A stretch of 64,000 nucleotides of DNA, taken from Leucoraja ocellata. Taxonomy: Eukaryota. The stretch covers positions 372,001-436,000 of the forward strand of contig JAWMAR010000878.1 of NCBI GenBank assembly GCA_036785375.1, in the 5' to 3' direction. The translations under genes were made by a program, and so were the position numbers. The stretch's first letter is position 1. Each line of letters opens with the position of its first letter. This document shows, piece by piece, positions 26,994 to 40,100 of this stretch. The notes under the pieces were generated by a model, which worked only from the letters and a program-made list of their open reading frames with translations, ran no database searches and was not told where the DNA came from.

Positions 26994-27101
26994 GTTCCCT
27001 AAAGCTCCCCTGGGTTCTCCTGCACCAGCTTGCGGTGGACTTTCTGTGGTGGTCCCTGCAGGGGAGAAGGTCTCTCAGCCTGACGTGGTTCCACAGTATC
27101 A
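26994..27101 (+). pseudogene. Candidate SUN2-like exon upstream of the WW exon (deleted in copy 1)
   Basis: Strong acceptor TTTTTTCTTAG; 108 nt phase 1-1 open exon GSLKLPWVLLHQLAVDFLWWSLQGRRSLSLTWFHSI; GTGCGT donor; 98 nt intron to next exon. Confidence 0.5.
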
Positions 27102-27199
27102 GTGCGTTCCGTGTTGGAGAGTCTGAGCTCTCTCCGCTTCCACTGATGTGAAGCATTGGGGCCCGTTGTTGTCTAATATTGTGTTGCTGTCTCTTTCAG

Positions 27200-27293
27200 A
27201 AAAAGCTCTGCCCCTGGTGTACTGGTGGTTGGGCACAGCCTGGTACCAGTTAACAACGGCCATCTCCTTGATCGATGTCCTTACTCTGTCCAG
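27200..27293 (+). pseudogene. SUN2: SUN2-like conserved hydrophobic (WW) exon (copy 2)
   Basis: KALPLVYWWLGTAWYQLTTAISLIDVLTLSR vs human SUN2 LLYWWAGTTWYRLTTAASLLDVFVLTR; TTTCAG/GTACGT boundaries, phase 1-2. Confidence 0.85.
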
Positions 27294-30200
27294 GTACGTG
27301 CTCCGGGGATCCACAGACTCCCTTCCTCCACCTGGTCACACCCATCCCCACTGCCTCCTCCATCTCCTCCCCACCTCTGTACTGAACACACCCTCCCACA
27401 GGACACCCAGTCACACTAAACCACCGATAAATAGACAATAGACCATAGGTGCAGAAGTGGGCCATTCAGCCCTTCAAGCCAGCAATGTGATCATGGCTGA
27501 TCATCCACAATAAGTACCCCGGTCAGAATAGGCAGGTGAAAGGTAGAGATCGAGGAAGGAGGGTTGGTTTAAACTGCACGTAAAGGGGCCTGACGGGGAA
27601 GGCAGATGAGCTGAGGGCATGGATAGGTACGAGCGACTGGGACCTTGTAGCCATGACTGAAACCTGCTTAAGGGAGGGGCAGGACTGGCAGCTCAATGTT
27701 CCCGGGGTACAGGAGCTTCAGGGCAGACAGAGGTGAGGGAAAAAGAGGAGGGGGGTTGCATTGTTGGGTAAGGAGGATGTCACGGCAGTGTTCAGAGGTG
27801 ACATTACGGACGGTTCGTTTAGTGAGGATATATGGGTGGAGCTGAGGAACAAGAAAGGGATGATCGCCTTGTTGGGGGTGTACTACAGACCCCCCGAATA
27901 GTCAACGGGAATTAGAAGAACAAATGTGCCAGGAGATTGCAGACAGCTGCTGGTCAAATAAGGTTGTTGTAGTAGGGTATTTTAACTTTCCCAATATAGA
28001 CTGGGGAAATCATAGCGTGAAGGATTTAAATGGGGTGCAATTCCTCAAACGTGTTGAGGAGAGTTTTCTTAAGCAGTATGTGGAGGCCCCCACACGTGAG
28101 AGGGCAACACTGGATCTAGTATTGGGAAATTGGGAAGGCAAATTAATGAAATGTGTGTGGAGGAGCCTTTTGGGTCCAGTGACAACAGTTCGATTAGGTT
28201 TAAGATTTAATACAGAGATGTGTGAGATGTTGCATTTTGGGACATTGAACAAGGGCAGGACCTACACAGTAAATGGTAGGCCTCTGGGTAGTGTTGTAGA
28301 GCAGAGGGATCTAGGAGTATAGGTTCATGGTTCCTTGAGGATCAAGTCGCACGTAGATAAGGTGGTCAAAAGGGATTTGGCACATTGGCCTTCATCAGTC
28401 AGAGATTTGATTGTGGAAACTGGGAGGTCATGTTGCATTTGTATAAGACGTTGGTGAGACCGCATTTAGAATATTGCATTCAGTTTGGGGCACCATGTTA
28501 TAGGGAAAATATTGTCAAGCTTGAAAGGGTTCAGAGAAGATTTACTAGAATGTTGCCAGGACTAGAGGGTGTGAGCTATGGGGAGAGGTTGAGTAGGCTG
28601 GGTCTCTATTCCATAAAGCGCAGCAGGATGAGGGGAGATCTTATAAAGGTATACAAAATCATGAGAGGAATAGATCGGGTAGATGCACAGTTTCTTGCCC
28701 AGAGTAGGGAAATCGAGGACCAGAGGACAAATGTTCATGGTGAAGCGAAACAAAATTTAATAGGAATCCAAAGGGTAACGTTTTCACACATAAGGTGGTG
28801 GGTGTATGGAACAAGTTGCCAGAGGAGGTAGTTGAGGCTGAGACTATCCCATCGTTTTAAAAAACAATTAGATAGGTACATGGATAGGACAGGTTTGGAG
28901 GAATATGGACTATGTGCAGTCAAGTGGGACTAGTGTAGCTGGAACATTGTTGGCCGGTGTGGGCAAGTTGGGCCGAAAGGCCTGTTTCCAAATTGTATCA
29001 CTCTATGACTCTAGTCTGTGTAGGGTAGTGTTAGTGGGCGGGAATCGTTGGCCGGTGCTGACTAGGTGGGCCGAAGGGCCTGTTTCAGTGCTGTGTCTTT
29101 AAACTAAACTTAAAAAATGATAACACATTTATTGTACCCCAGGTAAACCCACCACAGGCCAACCCCCTTGTAGTACCCCAGATAAACCCACTAGAAACAG
29201 AAATAAACATAGACAAATGGTGCAGGAGTAGGCCATTCGGCCGTTCGATCCACAGACTACAAGATAGCCTGCCCACACTCTACCCCAGATACATCCACAG
29301 AACAGCCCTCTGATCCTGTACCCTAGGTTGACTAATCTTTGCACCAGTGTCACCATGGCTCTGAGCTTTGGGTTTGTGAAGTGAAGGTCAGTCAGCAGCG
29401 TGGGTCCATGGAGGGGTCTGTCCATCTCTTGACCATAATCATTGACCTGATTCTGTCTGTTTCATGGGAGCATTCGATTTGCTTGAAACGTGTGTGGGAA
29501 GGAACTGGAGATGGTGTTTTAAACCAATGATAGATACAAAAAGCTAGAGTAACTCAGCGGGTGGGGCGGCGCCTCTGGAGAGAAAGAATGGGTGACATTT
29601 CAGGACAACGCCCTTCTTCAGACTCCAGAGATGCTGCCCGACCCACTGAGTTACAGTGGCTTTTTCTATCCATCTCGCTTTTGACGGGGTTGGGTTCAAT
29701 AGCTGGCAGCTTTAGCGTTTTGAAACCAAAGGCAGCTTTAGCGTTTTCAAATCTTAGGCAGCTTTAGCGTTTTCAAACCAAAGGTGGCTTTAGCGTCTTG
29801 AAACCAAAGGCAGCTTTAGCGTTTTCAAACCTTAGGCAGCTTTAGCGTTTTCAAACCAAAGGTGGCTTTAGCGTTTTCAAACCAAAGGCAGCTTTAGCTT
29901 TTTGAAACCAAAGGCAGCTTTAGCGTTTTGAAAACAAATACGGATTTATTTGAGAAGGAGAACGTTAAATCGGAAGTGGCAGTAATCCAGTTGAAGAAAG
30001 GGGACTATGAAGGCATGAGAGGGGAGCTGGCCAATGTAGACTGGAAAGGGATCCTAGCAGGAATGAAGGTGGAACAGCAATGGCAGGAATTTCTGGGCAT
30101 AATCCGGAAGACGCAGGATCATTTCATTCTAAATAGGAAGAAAGATTCTAAGGGGACTAGGAGGCAACCGTGGCTGACAAGAGAAGTCAGGGATAGAATA

Positions 30201-31467
30201 AAACTAAAAGAAAAGATGTATATCACAGCAAAGAGTAGCCAGAAGCCAGAGGATTGGGAAACTTTCAGAGGACAATAGAAGGAAACAAAATGGGCAATAA
30301 GGGCTGAAAAGATGAAGTACGAAGGGAAGTTGTCCAGGAATATAAAGAAGGACAGTAAAAGCTTCTTTAGATATATTAAGGGAAAATGCGTAGCAAAGTC
30401 AAATGTGGGTCCCTTGAAGGCAGACACGGGTGAAATTATTATGGGCAACAAGGAAATGGCATAAGAGTTGAATAGGTACTTCGGATCTGTCGTCACTAAG
30501 AAAGACACAAACAATCTCCCAGATGTACTGTAAGGGGATAAAGGAACTGAAAGAAATTTCATAAGGTGATGAATAGTATTGGGTAGGCGAATGGGACCTT
30601 AGGATCTTATAGAAACATATAAAATTATAATATGACTGGACAAGCTAGATGCAGAAAAAATGTTCCCAATGTTGGGCGAGTCCAGAACCAGGGGCCACAG
30701 TCTTAGAATAAAGGGGAGGTCATTTAAGACTGAGGTGAGAAAAAACATTTTCACCCAGTGAGTTGTGAATTTATGGAATTCCCTGCCACAGAGGGCAGTG
30801 GAAGCCAAGTCACTGGATGGATTTAAGAGAGAGTTAGATAGAGCTCTAGGGGCTAGTGGAGTCGAGGGATATGGGGAGAAGGCAGATACGGGTTATTGAT
30901 AGTGGATGATCAGCCATGATCACAATGAATGGCGGTGCTGGCTCGAAGGGCCGAATGGCCTACTCCGGCACCTATTTTCTATGTTTTACCGTTTTCAAAC
31001 CAAAGGCGGCTTCATCGTTTTCAAACCAAACGCGGCGTTAGCGTCTTGAAACCAAAGGCGGCTTTTGCGTTTTCAAACCTTAGTCAGTTATAGTGTTTTT
31101 AAACCTTAGTCAGCTTTAGCGTTTTGAAACCATAGACGGCTTTATTTGAGAAGGAGAACGTTAAATCGGAAATGGCAGTGATGCAGTTGAACAAAGGGGT
31201 CTATGAAGGCATGAGAGGGGAGCTGGCCAATGTAGATTGGAAAGGGATCCTAGCAGGAATGAAGATGGAACAGCAATGGCAGGAATTTCTGGGCATAATC
31301 CGGAAGACACAGGATCATTTCATTCTAAAAAGGAAGAAAGATTCTAAGGGGAGTAGGAGGCAACCGTGGCTGACAAGAGAAGTCGGGGATAGAATAAAAC
31401 TAAAAGAAAAGATGTACAACACAGCAAAGAGTAGCCGGAAGCCAGAGGATTTGGGAAACTTTCATAT

Positions 31468-32063
31468 TGTAATAATAATAAAAATAATACATTTTATTTA
31501 TGGGCGCCTTTCAAGAGTCTCAAGGACACCGTACAAAAATTTAGGTCGAGGAGGATGAGGATGTTGAGGGAACCAGTGTCAGGAGAGTTGAGGACTTTGA
31601 GGAGAGCAGTTTCTGTGCTATGGAGGGGGCGAAAGCCAGATTGGAGGGGTTCAAATAGGTTATACGCAATGAGGTGGGAATGAAGTTGTGACGCAACGAT
31701 ACACTCCAGGGTTTTTGAAAGAAAGGGGAGGTTTGAGATTGGGCGGTAGTTAATGAGAGAGGAGGGATCAAGACCAGGTTTCTATAAGATTGGTGTGACA
31801 GCAGCAGTTTTGAAAGTGAAGGGGACAATTCCTTGGGACAATGAGGAGTTGAAGAGATTAGTGAGGTAGGGGCAGAGAATGGGGAGGCAGGACTTCATCA
31901 TGGAGGTGGGGAGAGGGTCGAGGGAGCAGGTAGTGGGTTTGGAAGAGCTGACGAGTTTGGAGATTTCAGTAGGGGTGACCAGGTCAAACTGGGAGAGGAA
32001 GCAGTGTGGAGGAGGGGTAAAGAGGTCAGTGGAGATGTTGAAAGGAGGGGCCTTGGTAGGAGG
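31468..32063 (-). mobile_element. Internally deleted L2 copy
   Basis: Reverse complement of parts of 48560-49090 and of the 3' tail 50330-50400. Confidence 0.88.
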
Positions 32064-32250
32064 TGTATTCGGGATGCTTAGCACACTTGAATAAAGGCTC
32101 GGACACGGGAGTAATACAAGCTTCTTTACTACAGGAGGCCACCTTGAGTCTCCCGCACATGCGTACTTGCACAACATATGACAAGACACTCATTACATAT
32201 GCTAATTACATATGCTAATTATCACATACCTAACACTCCTCCCCCTTTAA
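32064..32250 (-). mobile_element. 3' LTR (32064-32235) with polypurine tract of a Gypsy-like LTR retrotransposon
   Basis: Minus strand: PPT TTAAAGGGGGAGGAG directly followed by TGTTA...TACA (172 bp). Confidence 0.7.
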
Positions 32251-33589
32251 CTTGGAGGCAGATAACACCACTTCTATCACATACTCAACAGTACAATAGA
32301 AGGAAACAAAACGGGCAAAAATGGGCTGAAAAGATGAAGTACGAAGGGAAGCTGTCCAGGAATATAAAGATGGACAGTAAAAGCTTCTTTAGATATATTA
32401 AGGGAAAAAGCGTAGCAAAGTCAAATGTGGGTCCCTTGAAGGCAGACACGGGTGAAATTATTATGGGCAACAAGGAAATGGCAGAAGAGTTGATTAGGTA
32501 CTTTGGATCTGTCTTCACTAAGGAAGACACAAACAATCTCCCAGATGTACTGTAAGGGGGTAAAGGCGAGGAATAGTATTGAGTAGGCGAATGGGACCTT
32601 AGGATCTTATAGAAACATATAAAATGATAATATGACTGGACAAGCTAGATGCAGGAAAAATGTTCCCAATGTTGGGCGAGTCCAGAACCAGGGGACACAG
32701 GCGATGCTGGCTCGAAGGGCCGAATGGCCTCCTCCGGCACCTATTTTCTATGTTTTAGCGTTTTCAAACCAAAGGCGGCTTTAGCGTTTTCAAACCTTAG
32801 TCAGCGTTAGTGTTTTGAAACCAAAGGCTGCTTTTGCGTTTTGAAACCAAAGACGGCTTTATTTAGGAAGGAGAACTTTAAATCGGAAGTGGCAGTGATG
32901 CAGTTGAACAAAGGGGACTATGAAGGCATGAGAGGGGAGCTGGCCAATGTAGACTGGAAAGGGATCCTAGCAGGAATGAAGGTGGAACAGCAATGGCAGG
33001 AATTTCTGGTCATAATCCGGAAGACGCAGGATCATTTCATTCTAAAAAGGAAGAAAGATTCTAAGGGGAGTAGGAGGCAACCGTGGCTGACAAGAGAAGT
33101 CAGGGATAGAATAAAACTAAAAGAAAAGATGTATAACACAGCAAAGAGTAGCCGGAAGCCAGAGGATTGTGAAACTTTCAGAGGCCAATAGAAGGAAACA
33201 AAACGGGCAATAAGGGCTGAAAAAATGAAGTACGAAGGGAAGCTGTCCAGGAATATAAAGAAGGACAGTAAAAGCTTCTTTAGATATATCAATGGCAAAC
33301 GCGTAGCAAAGTCAAATGTGGGTCCCTTGAAGGCAGACACGGGTGAAATTATTATGGGCAACAAGGAAATGGCAGAAGAGTTGAATAGGTGCTTCGGATC
33401 TGTCTTCACTAAGGAAGACACAAACAATCTCCCAGATGTACTGTAAGGGGGTAAAGGAACAGAAATAAATTTTCATAAGGCGAGGAATAGTATTGGGTAG
33501 GCGAATGGGACATTAGGATCTTATAGAAACATATAAAATTATAATATGACTGGACAAGCTAGATGCAGGAAAAATGTTCCCAATGTTGG

Positions 33590-34915
33590 CCAATTTTGGA
33601 GTATGGTGTACAATTTTGGTCGCCTAGTTATAGGAAGGATGTCAACGAAATAGAGAGAGTACAGAGGAGATTTACTACAATTTTTGAAGAGGTTACTCGG
33701 GAAATTGATGAGGGTAAAGCAGTGGATGTTGTATATATGAACTTCAGTAAGGCCTTTGACAAGGTTCCTCACGGAAGGTTGGTTAAGAAGGTTCAATGGT
33801 TGGGGATTAATGGAGGAGTAGCAAGATGGATTCAACAGTGGCTGAATGGGAGATGCCAGAGAGTAATGGTGGATGGTTGTTTGTCATGTTGGAGGCCAGT
33901 GACTAGTGGGGTGCCACAGGGATCTGTGCTGGGTCCACTGTTGTTTGTCATGTACATCAATGATCTGGATGATGGTGTGGTAAATTGGATTAGTAAGTAT
34001 GCAGATGATACTAAGATAGGTGGGGTTGTGGATAATTAAGTAGATTTTCAAAGTCTACAGAGAGATTTATGCCAGTTGGAAGAGTGGGCTGAAAGATGGC
34101 AGATGGAGTTTAATGCTGATAAGTGTGAGGTGCAACATCTTGGCAGGACAAATCAAAATAGGACGTACATGGTAAATGGTAGGGAATTGAAGAATGCAGG
34201 TGAACAGAGGGATCTGGGAATAACTGTGCACAGTTCCCTGAAAGTGGAATCTCATGTAGATAGGGTGGTAAAGAAAGCTTTTGGTGTGCTGGCCTTTATA
34301 AATCAGAGCATTGAGTATAGAAGTTGGGATGTAATGTTAAAATTGTACAAGGCATTGGTGAGGCCAATTTTGGAGTATGGTGTACAATTTTGGTCGCCTA
34401 ATTATAGGAAGGATGTCAACAAAATAGAGAGTGTACAGAGGAGATTTACTAGAATGTTGCCTGGGTTTCAGCAACTAAGTTACAGAGAAAGGTTGAGCAA
34501 GTTAGGGCTTTATTCTTTGGAGCGCAGAAGCTTAATGGTAGAAGTCTTTAAAATGATGAGAGGGATAGACAGAGTTGACGTGGAAAAGCTTTTCCCACTG
34601 AGAGTAGGGAAGATTCAAACAAGGGGACATGACTTGAGAATTAAGGGACAGAAGTTTAGGGGTAACATGAGGGGGAACTTCTTTACTCAGAGAGTGGTGG
34701 CTGTGTGGAATGAGCTTCCAGTGAAGGTGGTGGAGGCAGGTTCATTTTTATCATTTAAAAATAAATTGGATAGTTATATGGACGGGAAGGGAATGGAATG
34801 TTATGGTCTGAGCGCAGGTATATGAGACTAGGGGAGAATACGTGTTCGGCACGGACTAGAAGTGTCGAGATGGCCTGTTTCCGTGCTGTAATTGTTATAT
34901 GGTTATATGGTTATG
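33590..34915 (+). mobile_element. Young 5'-truncated CR1 with (TTATATGG)n tail
   Basis: [16 protein letters not shown], 249-aa C-terminal ORF; same family at 43513-44075 and 52665-53105. Confidence 0.93.
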
Positions 34916-35249
34916 AAGGCCAACATTCCATTAGCTTTCTTCCACCACCTGCTGTACCTGCACGCAAAATTCTCTCTTCCAAATCATTAATATACATGGT
35001 AAACAGTTGCATCCCCAACACCGAGCTTTGCGGCACTCCACTCGCCACTGCCTGCCATTCTGAAAAGGACCCGTTCACTCCTCCTCTTTGCTTCCGGTCT
35101 GCCAACCAATTTTCTGAAAGCTTTCTGAAAGTCTAGATTCACTACATCCACTGGCACCCCTTCATCCATTTTACTTGTCACATCCTCAAAAAATTCCAGA
35201 AGATTAGTCAAGCATGATTTCCCTTTCATAAATTCATCTTGACTCCTGT

Positions 35250-35610
35250 ATAAAACTTTACAAATTTTGGAATGACATTTTTTACATTTTTACAAAACTA
35301 CTTAATAGAAGACTCGAACCTAATACAGAAATGATTGTCTTTGGATCAATGGAAGATGGGAATAAGCAAAATATGTTTCAAAAATCTCTACTTAATTATG
35401 GTTGCATAACGGCAAAAAAACTAATACTTAAAATTTTGTAAAATTGCGCCAACACCAACGCTCAAAATGTGGATTTCAAATATGTCGGAAACGGCATATC
35501 TGGAATAAATGTGACTGCTTCTAGCAGGTAAAGCAGACCAATTCTTATTGATTTGATCTCCTTTTATCGACTTCTTACAAGCATATGGTGCAATACAACC
35601 ATAGAAATAA
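35250..35610 (+). mobile_element. Degenerate L1 ORF2 C-terminal fragment
   Basis: Similar to the 11593-11830 L1 (AKKLILK...KMWI...SPFIDFL). Confidence 0.6.
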
Positions 35611-35842
35611 AATGTTTCAGAATCAGGTGACGAGTGGCCTGGAACATAAAATAGTAAGATTAAACGAGAACTTACCAGTTTGAAGTTTGAACTGTAATTT
35701 ATGAGTAGTTACGATGAGAGATTACGTGAAGAGCCCGCTCAGCACGCATGCGCGGCATACTTCAAAGCAGCGGTGTGGAATCACAGATAGACACAGTTAT
35801 TGAGGTTCACATAGTAAAGAAAAGGAGAAGTAAAGACAAGGC

Positions 35843-37174
35843 GTAGCTATGGGCACACGCATGGGCCCCAGCTACGCCTGCCTCTTTGTCGGGTACGTTG
35901 AACAATTCTTGTTCAATACGTACCAGGGCCCCATCCCCGACCTCTACCTCCGGTACATTGACCACTGCTTTGGGGCCACCTCCTGCACCCACACACAACT
36001 GACTGACTTCATCCACTTCACCACCAACTTCCATCCGGCACTCCAATACACCTGAACCATTTCCGACACTTCCCTACCATTCCTTGACCTCACCATCTCC
36101 ATCGCAGGGGACAGACTTCTGACCGACATACACTACAAACCAACTGACTCACATGGCTATCTGGACTACATGTCTTCCCACCCTGCCCCCTGTAAAGACT
36201 CCATCCCCTACTCCCAATTCCTCCGCCTACGCCGCATCTACTCCCAGGATGAGACGTTCCACACCAGGGCATCGGAAAAGTCCTCGTTCTTCAGGGAACG
36301 GGGATTCCCCTCCGCCACCATAGATGAGGCTCGCACCAGGGTCTCATCCATACCTCGCAACACTGCTCTCTCTCCCCATCCCCGCATTCGCAACAAGGGC
36401 AGAGTCCCCCTGGTCCTCACCTTTCACCCCACCAGCCGGCAAATACAACAAATAATCCTCCGCCATTTCCGCCACCTCCAACGTGACCCCACCACTCGCC
36501 ACATCTTCCCATCTCCCCCTATGTCTGCCTTCCGCAAAGACCGCTCCCTCCGCAACTCCCTTGTCAATTCTTCCCTTCCCTCCCGTACCACCCCCTCCCC
36601 GGGCACTTTCCATTGCAACCGCTAGAAATGCAACACCTGTCCCTTCACCTCCCTCCTCGACTCCATTCAAGGACCCAAGCAGTTGTTCCAGGTGCGACAA
36701 AGGTTCACCTGTATCTCCTCCAACCTCATCTACTGCATCCGCTGCTCTAGATGTCAGCTGATTTACATCGGGGAGACTAAGCGGAGGTTGGGCGATCGTT
36801 TCGCCGAACACCTCCGCTCAGTCCGCAATAACCTACCTGAACTCCCGGTGGCTCAACACTTCAACTCCCCCTCCCATTCTCAATCCGACCTCTCTGTCCT
36901 GGGTCTCCTCGATTGCCAAAGTGAGCAACACCGGAAATTGGAGGAACAGCACCTCATATTCCGCCTGGGTTGCTTGCGTCCGGATGGCATGAACGTTGAA
37001 TTCTCCCAGTTTTGCTAACCCTTGCTGTCTCCTCCCCTTCCTTAACCCTCGAGCTATCTCCTACCATCCCCCCCACCCTCGGGCTCCTCCTCCTCCCTTT
37101 TTCCTTCCTTCTCCCCCCCACCCCCTATCAGTCTGAAGAAGGGTTTTGGCCCGAAACGCCGCCTATTTCCTTCC
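35843..37174 (+). mobile_element. 5'-truncated Penelope-like element (RT C-terminus + GIY-YIG endonuclease + terminal repeat)
   Basis: AMGTRMGPSYA, YLRYID, LPFLDL, YKPTD, NLIYCIRCSRCQLIYIGETKRRLGDRFAEH; premature stops. Confidence 0.93.
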
Positions 37175-40100
37175 TCTAAACCCGTGTAAACCTTCCTAAG
37201 ACCCTCTAAACCCCTGTAAACCCCATGTAAACCCACCAAAACCACTGTAAACCCATATACACACATGTAAACCACTCTAAACCCTGCAAACCTCTGTACA
37301 ACCTTCTAAACATCTGTACACACAGGTAAACCCTGTCAAAATTCCTCTAAACACCCTGTAAACCTCTCTAAAACTCTCTAAACATCGGTAAACCCCTCTA
37401 AACCCCATGTAAACTCCCTAAACACCTGTAAACATTTCTAAAACCCTTTAAACCCCACTAAACACCTCTAAACCACTCTAAACATGTGTAAACACCTGTA
37501 AATTCCTCTAAACCGATTTAAATCCCTCTAAACCCCTTCAAACCACTCTAACCACCTCCAAATGCCTCCAAACCGCTCTAAACCTCCCCAGACACCTACA
37601 CACCCCTGCAAACCCCCTCTAAATATCTCCAACCCCATCCAAAGCCCTCCAAACCCCTATGAAGCCCTCTAAACCCCCCTCTAAACACCCTGTAAACCCC
37701 TGTAAGATACTATAACCCCCTGTAATCCTACTAAACCCCGGTAAAACCCATGTAAACCTCCCTAAACCACTGTAAACCTCTCTCAACCCCTGTCAAACCT
37801 TTCAAAACCCCAGTAAATCGCTCTAAAACCCTCTAAGCACCTATAAACACATGTAAACCCTATGAAACCCCATCTAAACCCTCTGTAAACCACTCTAGTA
37901 CTTTATAAACACCTGTAACCACTGTAAACCTCTGTAAACCTCTCTAATCCCCTCTAAACACATATAAAGCCCTCTAAACCCCTCAAAACTCATCTAAACT
38001 CCTGTAAACCTCATTTAAAAAACCCTAAACCCCTGTAAACCCCCCTAAAACCCTGAAAACCCAATGTAAACACCCCTAAACCCTGTAAACCCTTCTAATC
38101 TTCTGTAAACATCTTTAAAACCCACCAAACCACTAACCCACTCTAAACCTCTGTAAACAACTTAAATCCAAACCAAACCCCTCTAACCCACTCTAAACCA
38201 CCAAACCGCTCAAAACCACCAAACCGCTCAAAACCACCAAACCGCTCAAAACCACCAAACCGCTCAAAACCTCTCCAGCCCCCTCCAAACCGCCCACACC
38301 CCTCTAAACCCCTATAACCCCTCCCTCTAAACCTCATGTAAACCCCTCTAAACCCATATAAACCCCTCTAAAGCCTTGTGAACCCTTGTAAACCCATCTA
38401 AACCCCCTGTAAGCACCATGGAAACCCCCATAAACCCCTGTAAACCCCGTGTAAAACCCCCTAAACCCCTGTAAACCATTGTAAACGCATGTAAACCTCT
38501 CTAAACATCTCTAACCCCTGTAAACAACTCCAAATCCCTCTAAACCACTACAAGCCCCCTGTAAACCCCCTGTAAATGCATCTGAACCCCCCTAAACACC
38601 TCTAAACCCTGTTAACCGCTCTAAACCCCTGTGAACCTCTCTAAACCCCTCCGAACCTCTCTAACCCCCCATGTAAACCCACGTAGAACCCCTAAACCCC
38701 TGTAAACCTCTCTAAAACATTCTAAAGCCGTCTAAACCCCCTCTAAACACCCACAATCATCTGTAAACCCCTCTAAACCCATCTAAAATACTCTAAACCC
38801 ATCTGAACCCCTGTAAATCCCTCTAACACCCACTAAACACTTGTAATCCCTGGTAAACCCCGCTAAGCCCCAATAAACGCCTGTAAACCCCTCTAGATCC
38901 CTGTAACCCCCTCTAAACCTCTATAAACACCCTATAAAGACCTCTAAACCCATGTAAACCCCACGTAAACACGTCTAAACACCTGTAAACCCCTCTAAAA
39001 CCCTGTAAAGCCTACTCAACAGCTGAAAACATCTCTAAACCTCTAAGACCCTTTAACCCGCTCTAAACCACGCTAAACCTCTCTAAGTACCTGTAAACAC
39101 CCGTAAACCCCTGTAAAACGCGCTAAACCCCTGTAAATCTCTCTAAACCCCTGTAAATCTCTCTAAACCCCTGTAAATCTCTCTAAACCTCTCCAGACAC
39201 CCCCAAACACCATGCAAACCTCCTCTAAATCCCTTCAAAGCCCTCCAAAGACCCCGCAAAGCCCCAGTAAACACCGGTAAACCACTGTAAACCCCTCTAA
39301 ACTCATGTAAACCTCTAAAACCCTCTAAACCCCCTGTAAACCATACTAAATCTCGCTACACCTGTAAACCCCTCTCCACCTGTAAACACCTGTAAACCCC
39401 TATAAACCTCTCTAAAACCCTCTAAACCCCCTGTAAACCATACTAAATCTCGCTACACCTGTAAACCCCTCTCCACCTGTAAACCCCTCTCCACCTGTAA
39501 ACCCCTATAAACCTCTCTAAACCCCTCTAAACATGTGTAAACCCCTCGAAACCCCTGTAAAGCCTACTAAACACCTGTAAATATCTCTAAAACCCTCTAA
39601 ACCCTTTAAACCGTTCTAAACCCCTCTAAACCCATCTAAAACCCTCCGAACCACTCTAACCCCCTCGAAATCCCTCCAAACTGCTCTAAACCTCTCCAGA
39701 GACCTCAAAACTCCTGCAAGCCCCGTCTAAATCCATCCAAAGCCCTCCAAAGCCAACCAAACACATATAAAGCCATCTAACCCCCTATAACACCCTGTAA
39801 ACCCCATGTAAACCAATCTAAACCGCAGTTAATTACTCTAGACGTCTCTAAACCCCTATAAAGCCGCTGAACCCCTTAAAACCCCATGTAAACACCATGT
39901 AAACCCCCAAAACTACTGGAAACTCCTCTTAACCCTTGTAAACCTGTTAATCTCTCTAAAACCGTCTAAACACCTATAGACACGTGTAACCCGTATGTAA
40001 ACCCCTCTAAACCCCCTGTAAACCTCTCTAAAACACCCTAAACGCCTGTAAACCACTATAAACGTCTGTAAACCCCTCTAATCCCCTCTAAACACATATA

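Larger units (their letters stand above)
23285..31250 (+). repeat. Segmental duplication, copy 2
   Basis: Colinear with 1-9795; 24455-25110 replaces the copy-1 block 1226-4103. Confidence 0.95.
29705..33590 (+). repeat. Same minisatellite + CR1 cassette array (about 3-4 units, interrupted by L2/LTR)
   Basis: Repeated ORFs MQLNKGDYEGMRGELANVDW... at 29928, 31172, 32841; about 9 minisatellite copies at 29705-29935. Confidence 0.88.

Noticed and set aside
29705-29935. CRISPR-like repeats containing GTTTTGAAAC
   Set aside because: Head-to-tail 25-26 bp units with no unique spacers, no cas genes, and vertebrate context
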